Of a stretch of DNA of 64,000 nt, positions 30,116 to 38,592 are shown piece after piece. Made by a program: the position numbers and the translations under genes. The notes under the pieces were generated by a model, which saw only the letters and a list, made by a program, of their open reading frames with translations, did not search any database and was not told the origin of the DNA. Location: contig CANQCI010000001.1 of NCBI GenBank assembly GCA_947589675.1, positions 7,156-71,155 of the forward strand. The letters are read 5' to 3'. This stretch comes from an uncultured Bacilli bacterium. GTDB lineage: Bacteria > Bacillota_I > Bacilli_A > RF39 > UBA660. Position 1 is the stretch's first letter. Each line of letters begins with the position of its first letter.

Positions 30116-30724
30116 ATGGTCTGGAAAAGAATTGGGGCGTATTTTATTGATATTTTATTTGTGATGTTATTAATTGAAATGCTTGCCCAAATTAGATTTT
30201 TAAATCCTAGTTTTGATAAATATTTAGATGTTTCAAATGAATATAACGAAGCCTTAATGGATAGTTATGAAAATGATAAAAACATTAGTATTATGAATGA
30301 TGAAAAGCTTGGTAATTTATTTTATAAAATTCAAAGGTATAGCATAAGTAATACCGTGGCTGAGATTGTCGTATTCTTACTTTATTTTGGCGTTTTCCAA
30401 TGGTGGAATAACGGGCAAACTTTAGGAAAAAAATTATTTAAATTAAAAATAGTAAACAATAAAGAAAAGAAAGTTAATTTAGGTATCCTGTTACTTCGAA
30501 CAATATTTATTTATAGTTTATATTTAGAACTTATTTTTATAATTTTGTTATTTTATTTAAAGCCTTTAACTTATGTTCATGTTTATTATACAATTGGGGC
30601 TTTTTCCTCCGCAATAATGTATTTATGTTTATTATTTATTATTTTAAGAAAAGATTACCTTGGTTTACATGATTTACTTTTTAAAACTAAGGTTATAATG
30701 GAAAAAGATAGTATTCAAGCTTAA
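30116..30724 (+). CDS. RDD-family membrane protein
   Basis: MVWKRIGAYFIDILFVMLL ... multi-TM, with an R...DD spacing pattern. Confidence 0.55.
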   Translation: MVWKRIGAYFIDILFVMLLIEMLAQIRFLNPSFDKYLDVSNEYNEALMDSYENDKNISIMNDEKLGNLFYKIQRYSISNTVAEIVVFLLYFGVFQWWNNGQTLGKKLFKLKIVNNKEKKVNLGILLLRTIFIYSLYLELIFIILLFYLKPLTYVHVYYTIGAFSSAIMYLCLLFIILRKDYLGLHDLLFKTKVIMEKDSIQA

Positions 30725-31284
30725 ATACTATCTTTTTTAAGTCCTCGACCTTTTCCTAAAATTTCCATAGGTATTTTAGGAACGGTTGTATAATCATCTA
30801 TCCAAATATTATAGTTTTCTTTTAACATATTAACCATATTAATGTAAGTGTCAATAGCTTTTTCATATTCTTTAGTTTTAATATACTGATAACTTGGAAT
30901 TAAAAAATTATGGAAAAGAAATGATGCTTTTTGTTTGGCATCTGTGTCATTTTCTAATACAGCACTTATCTGTGGTCCAACAATATCATACTCATATAAA
31001 ATAGGTAAATATTGAGCGTTAACTTTTAGATAAGTATCTCGGAAATTTCTTAATGTATTTAAAAGCTCACAATCATCACTATAGCCCAATATATTACAAA
31101 CAATGGTCGTAATGTAACAGCCAGCTCGTTCATAGCCCTTATAATAATTATTTTTAGTATCCTTTTTGAAATAAGAACAAGCATCATCACTTCGATAGCG
31201 ATATCCTTTTAAAACATTGCATCTGTATCTTCCAAAAAAGTCACTGTCTTCCCGACTTAAGTGGTCACAGTCTTCACATTTCAT
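30721..31284 (-). CDS. hypothetical Cys-rich protein (187 aa)
   Basis: Seven Cys in the first 75 residues (CEDCDH...C...C...C...C...C) followed by a helical C-terminal domain. No family was recognised. Confidence 0.4.
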   Translation of the reverse strand: MKCEDCDHLSREDSDFFGRYRCNVLKGYRYRSDDACSYFKKDTKNNYYKGYERAGCYITTIVCNILGYSDDCELLNTLRNFRDTYLKVNAQYLPILYEYDIVGPQISAVLENDTDAKQKASFLFHNFLIPSYQYIKTKEYEKAIDTYINMVNMLKENYNIWIDDYTTVPKIPMEILGKGRGLKKDSI

Positions 31285-31449
31285 TAAATTTATCCCCCTT
31301 TTTTTGATAGTTTTATATTATACAATAAAAATTATTTTTGTCAAATAGCAGAATTTTAGCATAATTTAGCAGAGTTTAGTTATTTTGATAAAAAAATTGT
31401 TTTTTTATTAGTAATATATGGTAAAATAGATTTTAAGGAAGTGAAAGAT

Positions 31450-32406
31450 ATGGCAATAAAAAAAGAAGAAATTACCTTAAAAAATACGAAGCAAGAAATA
31501 TTAGATGCTTTAAATGAAGCTTTGGAAAGAGAAAAGACTAATGCCCAAATAAAGTCTAACCCCGAACAAGAAGAAACAGTACGCAAAGCTCAAGTTGCTG
31601 TTGCAGAAACCAAGAAGAATGTGGAAGCTAATATTTTTTCGGCGGAGTTAATTAATAAATTTAATAATTTAGAATTAGCTATCAAGACCGAAGAAGAAAA
31701 ATTAAAAAACTTATATGATATAGATAAAGAATTATTAAATTTAACCCTTATTATGAACACGGGAAAAGATACTTTATTAGAATTTGAAAAAAATAATGAA
31801 ATTCAAAAACAAAAATTAAATGAACAAATAAAGTTATTAGAAGATGAATATAAGAAGAAAGTTGAAGATTTAGAAAAAGAATATCAATTAAAAAGTGCTT
31901 CTTTAAAAACGGAACGAGAAAGAGAAATTGAAGAATATAATTATAAAACTAAAAGAGAACGGGAATTAGCTAATAATGAATGGGAAGATGAAAAGAAAGT
32001 TAGAGAAAATAATTTAAAAATAAAAGAAGAAGAAACCAAGAAATTATTAGATGAAGCTCAAGAAAAAGCTAAGTATTTAGCTGATTTAGAAAAACAAGTA
32101 GCTAACTTTTCCAAAGATTTGGAAAATGAATATACCAAAGGGAAAGATGATGCTAGGGCAGTATTAGAAAAAGAACATAATTATGAAATTGAAATGCTAA
32201 AAAAAGATTTTCAAAGTATTATTGACCGGCAAAAAGACAAAATTGATTCTTTAAATGAAGAATTAAAAAAAGCTAATGATATCAATAATTCTTTACAAGA
32301 AAAGATGGATAAAGCCTATGTTGAATTAAAAGAATTAGCTACAAAAACAGTCGAAGCTAATGGTGGTTTAAAAATTATAAGTAATAATCAACCAGATAAT
32401 AAGTAA
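31450..32406 (+). CDS. E/K-rich coiled-coil protein
   Basis: Charged heptad-like repeats throughout. AAGGAAG RBS before ATG 31450; the ORF track opens at GTG 31441. Confidence 0.5.
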   Translation: MAIKKEEITLKNTKQEILDALNEALEREKTNAQIKSNPEQEETVRKAQVAVAETKKNVEANIFSAELINKFNNLELAIKTEEEKLKNLYDIDKELLNLTLIMNTGKDTLLEFEKNNEIQKQKLNEQIKLLEDEYKKKVEDLEKEYQLKSASLKTEREREIEEYNYKTKRERELANNEWEDEKKVRENNLKIKEEETKKLLDEAQEKAKYLADLEKQVANFSKDLENEYTKGKDDARAVLEKEHNYEIEMLKKDFQSIIDRQKDKIDSLNEELKKANDINNSLQEKMDKAYVELKELATKTVEANGGLKIISNNQPDNK

Positions 32407-32537
32407 TATTTTAAGAAGTTGCTTGAATATATTCAACGCTTCTTTTTTTATTTTAAGTTGCTTGCCTAATTCTTAATCTTGCTTTATAATTTAGGTACTG
32501 AAGGGATTTGACGTAATATAACTTTTGGAGGATTATT

Positions 32538-33191
32538 ATGAAAGTTTTAAAAGAACCAGGGGCAAATAATAAAAGATTTAATAAAGTTAATTTATTTAAA
32601 GTTATTAAATGGCCACTTATGATTTTAATATTAGTATTAGTTTTTTGGTCTGGCACTAAATTATCTGAAAAATTTGAACATGATGAAAAAGCTCTTAGTT
32701 ATGGTTTTAAAGACATGGGTTTTCTTATAACGCAAGAATGGTATGGTTGTATTTTAGAAGATAGTAAAGTTGATCGAAGTTTCTTTGATTTATTTACCAT
32801 CCCTTTAACGGAAAGTAGACAAATATTTAGTATTGATTTTGAAGTTTTTGCAGGAGTTGAATTTGAAGATATCAATTATACTATTGATCATAAAAAGAAA
32901 GAAATTAATGTTTCCCTCCCACATGCGATAATTCAAAATACTTCCCCAGTAGCTGATTCAATGAAAGTCTATCTTGATTCAGAAAGTTGGTTTTCCCGAA
33001 TAGATTTAGAAAGTAATGAAAAAGCTCGCCAATCTATGCAAAAAAATGCGGAACAATTAGCTCTTGATTCGGGCATTTTGGAAAAAGCAGAAAATAATGC
33101 GGAAAAACTAATTACTAATATGATAAAAGGCAATGGCGAATGTGCGAAAAATGCCTGTATAGATTATAATTTTGAATTTAATTATGAATAG
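32538..33191 (+). CDS. DUF4230-like membrane-anchored protein (probable)
   Basis: N-terminal TM helix and a ...FAGVEFEDINYTIDHKKKEINVSLPHAIIQN pattern reminiscent of DUF4230. Confidence 0.4.
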   Translation: MKVLKEPGANNKRFNKVNLFKVIKWPLMILILVLVFWSGTKLSEKFEHDEKALSYGFKDMGFLITQEWYGCILEDSKVDRSFFDLFTIPLTESRQIFSIDFEVFAGVEFEDINYTIDHKKKEINVSLPHAIIQNTSPVADSMKVYLDSESWFSRIDLESNEKARQSMQKNAEQLALDSGILEKAENNAEKLITNMIKGNGECAKNACIDYNFEFNYE

Positions 33192-33296
33192 GTGATAGGA
33201 TGAAAGATGGAAATATTATATTTAAAATAATTGGGGTAATACTTATCTTAATAGTTATACTTTATATTATTTTAATGTTAACTAAATAGGTGAGTT

Positions 33297-33998
33297 ATGA
33301 ATAATAGTGAAAGATTTGAAAAAATATTTATCGATTTTGAAGTAGAAACTAAAAAGAAATTATCTAATAAAGAATTACCGTTAGAAAAGTGTATAACTAT
33401 TTTAAAAGATAAACGTTATAATCCTTATTTTCGGGAGTATGATTTTATTGAGTTTTGCCGTACTATTAGAAATATTAAATTTCATAGTAATGATGATATA
33501 TATTTTTATCTAACGGATGAAACTATTAAGAAGCTAGAGGATATATTAGAAGAAGTTAGGCATCCTTTTACGGTCTTAAGTAAGAGTGTTAGAGATAATA
33601 TATATAAAGCGACCTTGAGTTCTAGTGTTAAAGAAGTAATGCAAGAAATGAATAAACATAATTATACGCACATTCCTATTTATGATGATAAGAACCATAA
33701 ATTAATGGGGATATTTAGTGAATATTCTTTATATGAATATATTTTAAATAATGAAATGGTTTTAATAGATAATAAAACTAATTTTGCCCAAATTATCGAT
33801 TATATTAAAGTAGATAAAGTTAAGGAAAGAGTTCTTTTTGAAGCAAGAAATGCTTTATATGATGATGTTGTTAATAAATTTATTAAAAAATATAAAGAAA
33901 AAAATAAGTTAGAATGTATAATGATTACTGAAAATGGTAAGGATGATGAAAAAGTAATAGGGATTCTTACCATATGGGATATTATAGGAAAAATGTAA
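33297..33998 (+). CDS. CBS-domain protein
   Basis: Two CBS-like segments (VKEVMQEMNKHNYTHIPIYDDKNHKLMGIFSEYSL ; ...ECIMITENGKDDEKVIGILTIWDII). Confidence 0.5.
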   Translation: MNNSERFEKIFIDFEVETKKKLSNKELPLEKCITILKDKRYNPYFREYDFIEFCRTIRNIKFHSNDDIYFYLTDETIKKLEDILEEVRHPFTVLSKSVRDNIYKATLSSSVKEVMQEMNKHNYTHIPIYDDKNHKLMGIFSEYSLYEYILNNEMVLIDNKTNFAQIIDYIKVDKVKERVLFEARNALYDDVVNKFIKKYKEKNKLECIMITENGKDDEKVIGILTIWDIIGKM

Positions 33999-34021
33999 TT
34001 ATAGGAAGAGAGATGTAGAAA

Positions 34022-34462
34022 ATGGCTGATGATTATAAAAAATATGAAGAAGATGTTAAAAAAATAACTAAGAAAAATGAAAGGTATTTAAAGGCTTTTG
34101 AAAACTGGCTTGTAGATAAAAATTTAAGTGAGAAAACTATCAGAAACCATGTCGAAAATGCTGATTTGTATATTAATAATTATTTAACTTATTATGATGC
34201 CAATAAAATGGAAGAGGGAACATCGATGGTATATTCTTTTTTGGATGATTGGTTTATAAGAAAGTGTTTATGGTCATCTGTTGCTTCTATTAAAGCAACT
34301 GCGGCAAGTATTAAAAAGTTTTATCAATGTATGTGTGAACTTGGGTTTGTTAAAAAAGATGATTACGATATGTTATGCCATGTAATTAAAGAAAATATGG
34401 ACGTTTTCATAGATTCATATGAGGAATTTTATGGTGATGATGAAGACGACTTTTGGTTTTGA
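34022..34462 (+). CDS. hypothetical protein with an acidic C-terminus (146 aa)
   Basis: ORF with an RBS. No motif recognised. Confidence 0.4.
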   Translation: MADDYKKYEEDVKKITKKNERYLKAFENWLVDKNLSEKTIRNHVENADLYINNYLTYYDANKMEEGTSMVYSFLDDWFIRKCLWSSVASIKATAASIKKFYQCMCELGFVKKDDYDMLCHVIKENMDVFIDSYEEFYGDDEDDFWF

Positions 34463-34487
34463 TAAATGATAGAAAGGTGGGTTTAAT

Positions 34488-35411
34488 TTGATTTATATAA
34501 CTGGGGATACCCATAGGGATTTTCAAAGATTATATAATAATCCTTTTAAAAAAGATGATATGTTAATTATTCTTGGTGATGCAGGTATTAATTATTATTT
34601 AAATGAAGATGATAGGAAAGTTAAAGACCAATTAAACAAGTTAAATATAAAACTTTTTTGTATCCAAGGAAATCATGAAGAAAGACCAGAAAATATTGCA
34701 ACATATAAAGAAAAAGATATGTTTGGAGGAAAAGTATTTGTTGAAGATGATTATCCTAATTTAATTTTTGCCAAAAATGGTGAGATGTATAATTTGGATG
34801 GGCAAAGTGTCTTAGTTATTGGCGGGGCTTATTCGATTGATAAAAATTATCGCTTAATGTATGGTTATGAATGGTTTAAAGATGAACAATTAAGTGAAGA
34901 TGAGAAAGAATTTATTTTAAATAAATATGCGGGGAAGCATGTGGATATTATTTTATCGCACACTTGTCCTCGGAAGTATGAGCCAACTGAGGTATTTATG
35001 AGCGGGGTTGATCAAACCAAAGTTGATAAAAGTATGGAAGATTTTTTAGATAAAGTAGAAGAAAATATTGATTATAATAAATGGTACTGTGGGCATTATC
35101 ATACCGAAAAACAAATTGCGAAAATTGAGTTTATGTTTGGGAGAATTAAAGTATTTAATAAAGATGAGTTTTATCCCAAATATGCTGAAAATGGTTATGA
35201 AATTATCAGGGACTATTGTCATCAAGAAGATGTTATGGCAAAAGACGTTATTTGTTGTCCGGTGTGTAAGTCCCAAAATATAGTTATTCAAAAAGGCAAT
35301 GGTTTTAAAATTAATGGAGCTGATTATATTGCTTTAATTTGTCATGATTGTCAGAAGATTTATGGCTTTAGTGATGTTAAATATTATCCTAGTTGTCCTA
35401 AAGAATTATAA
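34488..35411 (+). CDS. calcineurin-like metallophosphoesterase with C-terminal zinc-ribbons
   Basis: IYITGDTHRD, LIILGDAGINYY and IQGNHEE motifs; C-terminal CCPVCKS...CHDCQK. TTG start. Confidence 0.7.
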   Translation: MIYITGDTHRDFQRLYNNPFKKDDMLIILGDAGINYYLNEDDRKVKDQLNKLNIKLFCIQGNHEERPENIATYKEKDMFGGKVFVEDDYPNLIFAKNGEMYNLDGQSVLVIGGAYSIDKNYRLMYGYEWFKDEQLSEDEKEFILNKYAGKHVDIILSHTCPRKYEPTEVFMSGVDQTKVDKSMEDFLDKVEENIDYNKWYCGHYHTEKQIAKIEFMFGRIKVFNKDEFYPKYAENGYEIIRDYCHQEDVMAKDVICCPVCKSQNIVIQKGNGFKINGADYIALICHDCQKIYGFSDVKYYPSCPKEL

Positions 35412-35421
35412 GAGGTAAAAT

Positions 35422-35777
35422 ATGAAATATGAAAAATATTTAATAAAAAAGGAAAAGTTGATTTATTGTCTTCATTACAAGCACTAGATAAAAAATTACT
35501 TAAAGAAAAATTAGAAGAATATGATGTTAGGGATATAAATGAATTAAAAGATTTTATTTTAGAAGATTTTGAATTTTGTTTAGATTCATCTAAAGGTGAT
35601 ATAATGACAAGACTCTATTTTGAAAGATTATTAGACCATGAAAATTCTGAATGGATGTCCGCATATGGGGATGATATTGAGAATCTTAACGTTTTTATTT
35701 ATGAGAATGGAGATTATATTTCTTACTATATTCCCACAGAGATTAAGAAAATAACGAAAAAAATATTAGGATTATAA
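35422..35777 (+). pseudogene. small protein gene interrupted by a frameshift in an A6 homopolymer; paralogue of the N-terminal domain of the 37175-38530 protein
   Basis: ATG 35422 reads MKYEKYLIKKEK, then the frame is lost. Frame 0 from 35451 reads ...VDLLSSLQALDKK.... Together these align with MDYDKYVVKSDKEDLLSSLKALDK at 37175. The ORF track starts at TTG 35466. Confidence 0.45.
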
Positions 35778-35921
35778 CTAAAAATAAGACTGAGTATAAA
35801 GAAAAATTGTATTTACTCTTAGAATTAAGAATTTTGAAATTTAAAAATTATCAAGTATTTACCTAAAATAGTAACTATGATATAATAGGACAAATATTTA
35901 TAAATATATAAAGGAAATATT

Positions 35922-36923
35922 ATGAAGAAGTTTTTAGAAAATTATAAATTTACAGATTGTTTTGAGAGTAATATACTTTCTCGTGGGGAAAGATATTACC
36001 AAGAAAATAGAATTTTAGATATATGGTATCAAGATAATAATGTTTATGCTTATGTTGATGGTTCCCAAATTTATAAAATTGGCTTAAAAATTATTGATGG
36101 GGAAATCAATGACTGCTATTGTTCTTGCCCTTATTCAGAACATGGCGAATATATGTGCAAACACCTTGCCGCTGTTTTATATTATCTAGCTGAAAATATG
36201 ATTCCCGAATTGGAAATGGATAATAAAAATAATAAAAGAGTAGATAATGAATCTATGAAACTCAATAAAATTTTTGATGATATGCAATATGAACTAGATA
36301 CAATAAGTGATAGTGATGGTTTTGTAAATTATTATAATGGTAAATATTTTGTAGATTTAATAGAAAATATTTCAGATAAAATAGAAAGTTTTATTGAAGC
36401 AGAAAACTATAATGATGCCTTTTTATTAATAAAACATACTTATTATTTTATAAAAGATACAAGCATGGATGGTTCGAATGGCGAATATCAGGATTCATTT
36501 CGCAAATTGAGTGAGGCAGCTAGCCAATTATTATATGAAGAAAATTATTATCAAAATTATTTAGAATGGGCAAATGATGTTGCTGAGAATGATGATTTAG
36601 ATGATTTTTCTGATGCTCCTTTGTATGCTTTTATTCTTTATGTTCATGATAAAAGTTCTGCTCAAAAAGTAGTTGAAATTTTAGATAATTGTTCTCTATC
36701 ATATGGTATTTTTATTAATAATGTAATAGATCGCATATTATTAGTTCATGATTATATTGGTACAGACGAAGCTATAAAATTATGTTATCAAAATATTGAT
36801 ACTTTTAGAGTAAAAGATAAGTTAATTGAATATTTAGAAGAAGAAAATAGAATAGATGAAATGATAAAACTACAAAAAGATGATATAAAAAATTCTCCAC
36901 ATAATAAGGCGGATTATGATTAA
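35922..36923 (+). CDS. SWIM zinc-finger domain protein
   Basis: CYCSCPYSEHGEYMCKHLAAVLYYL matches the CxCxnCxH SWIM signature. Confidence 0.65.
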   Translation: MKKFLENYKFTDCFESNILSRGERYYQENRILDIWYQDNNVYAYVDGSQIYKIGLKIIDGEINDCYCSCPYSEHGEYMCKHLAAVLYYLAENMIPELEMDNKNNKRVDNESMKLNKIFDDMQYELDTISDSDGFVNYYNGKYFVDLIENISDKIESFIEAENYNDAFLLIKHTYYFIKDTSMDGSNGEYQDSFRKLSEAASQLLYEENYYQNYLEWANDVAENDDLDDFSDAPLYAFILYVHDKSSAQKVVEILDNCSLSYGIFINNVIDRILLVHDYIGTDEAIKLCYQNIDTFRVKDKLIEYLEEENRIDEMIKLQKDDIKNSPHNKADYD

Positions 36924-37174
36924 ATAATTAACTTATATTAAGAAAATAATATGTCTGATGAAAAAGAAGAAATACTATCTGAGGTTATAATAGAAAACAA
37001 TGATTATATGTCTGAATAGTGATTTAATATCCCAAACAAAGTCTAATATTTATTGTAAAAGACTTTTTAAAGAAGAAATAATGAAAGTTTTAAATAATGA
37101 AAATAAAGTGAAGTTTGCTAATTTAATTAGTAATAAAAGGGTAAAAATAATAAACTGAAAGTAAGGAAGTAAAT

Positions 37175-38530
37175 ATGGATTATGATAAATATGTAGTAAA
37201 AAGTGATAAAGAAGATTTATTATCTTCATTAAAAGCTTTAGATAAAACAATAATTAAGGAAAAGTTAAAAGAATATGAAGTTGATAACATATATAAATTA
37301 AAAGATGCTATTTTAAATAAGTTTGAATTATGGGCAAATTCCTCAAAAGACAATATTTTTGCAAAATTGTATTTTAAAAGATTAATGGAATATGAAAATT
37401 ATCATTGGACTTCGACATTTGGTGATGAAGTAGAATTACTTTTTGTTTTTCTTTATGATGATGATCATTCATACTATGTTCCAACTGAGATAAAAGAAAT
37501 AATTAATAAGGTATTTAAAATTGAACAAGTTGAAGAGTATTGGGAAGAACAAAATTTAATGTTAAATCTTGATGAAATGCAAGTTAAAGATTTAAAGGAA
37601 ATGGGCAAGTTTTTACAAATTGATAAATTAAGCAATAAGTCTAAAATAGAACTTTGTATGATAATATATCGTGCTCTTACTAATCAAGATAAATTAACAG
37701 ATTTAATTGGAAGATTTACCACTAAAGAATTTGATTTGCTAAAATTGTTAATGAAAAATTGTGGAAGAGTTGAAGTTGATGGAGATAGAGAGGAACAAAA
37801 TTTTTTGTGTGAATCAGGATTAGGGCTATTACTTAAAGAAGTTGATGGAGATAGATACTATTTTTGTATATTTAAGGCTAGTTATGATGTTATTAAAAAA
37901 ATAGATTTAGAATCTCTTCAAAAAAAAGTAGAGGATAATACCAAGTTATATGATTTAGTTAGAGCTATGGTTGAATTATATGGAGTAGTTTCTAAAGAAG
38001 ATGTGGAATATTGCTATAATTTTTATTATGGTAATGGAAATAATTTAGATGTTCCTTTTGATTTTTTATTACCTCATAACAGAGATGATAATATATGTAT
38101 ATTATCTAAAAAAGATAATTTATATTTTATTCATAAAGACTTAAATGAAGAATCATTAGATATCATAAACAATATTATAGAAAAACATGAGTATATAAAC
38201 AGAAAACCAATTAAATTAAAAGATTTATTAAAATATTCTAATGATGATTATTATGAAAGAACAGAAGCTAAGAATAAATTAAAGAAATATTTAAAAAAGC
38301 AAAATATAAAACCAGAAATTATTGAAATAATTATTAAGATACTTTCTCGTATATATAGAATGAGTGATAGAAGTGAAATTGAAGATTCAGTTAAAGTGCT
38401 TCATGATTTTAGAGTAGAAGTAAATAAAAAAAATATTCAAGAAATCATCGGTTATTTAACAGAAATATATGATAATACTAGAGTATGGGAAAATAATGGC
38501 TGGACATTTAATGAGATGAAAAATAGTTAA
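37175..38530 (+). CDS. hypothetical protein (451 aa) with an N-terminal ~100-aa module shared with the 35422-35777 gene
   Basis: N-terminal LLSSLKALDK..IKEKL.EY..D.I..LKD ... YYVPTEIKEI aligns with the upstream small gene. The remainder is unrecognised. Confidence 0.5.
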   Translation: MDYDKYVVKSDKEDLLSSLKALDKTIIKEKLKEYEVDNIYKLKDAILNKFELWANSSKDNIFAKLYFKRLMEYENYHWTSTFGDEVELLFVFLYDDDHSYYVPTEIKEIINKVFKIEQVEEYWEEQNLMLNLDEMQVKDLKEMGKFLQIDKLSNKSKIELCMIIYRALTNQDKLTDLIGRFTTKEFDLLKLLMKNCGRVEVDGDREEQNFLCESGLGLLLKEVDGDRYYFCIFKASYDVIKKIDLESLQKKVEDNTKLYDLVRAMVELYGVVSKEDVEYCYNFYYGNGNNLDVPFDFLLPHNRDDNICILSKKDNLYFIHKDLNEESLDIINNIIEKHEYINRKPIKLKDLLKYSNDDYYERTEAKNKLKKYLKKQNIKPEIIEIIIKILSRIYRMSDRSEIEDSVKVLHDFRVEVNKKNIQEIIGYLTEIYDNTRVWENNGWTFNEMKNS

Positions 38531-38552
38531 AAAATTAATAATAAATTATATA

Positions 38553-38590
38553 AAAAACAACCTATAATTCATAATTGGTTGTTTTTATTA
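38553..38590. terminator. bidirectional rho-independent terminator between convergent operons
   Basis: AAAAAACAACC-tataattcataatt-GGTTGTTTTT. Confidence 0.45.
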
Positions 38591-38592
38591 AT

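Noticed and set aside
30721-31284. Cys-rich 187-aa protein considered as a radical-SAM/SPASM peptide or ferredoxin-like protein
   Set aside because: The Cys spacing (C3, C6, C22, C36, C56, C63, C72) fits neither the CX3CX2C nor the CX2CX2CX3C cluster patterns. It is left as hypothetical.
36470-36492. GGTTCGAATGG, a tRNA T-loop-like string
   Set aside because: It lies inside the SWIM-protein CDS, lacks the CC that follows the T-loop, and has no acceptor or anticodon stems nearby. It is not a tRNA. No tRNA, rRNA or tmRNA was found in the window.
36950-37160. Two tiny ORFs (22 and 25 aa) in the 250-bp gap before 37175
   Set aside because: Too short, with no RBS and no conservation signal available. 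They are more likely promoter or leader DNA.
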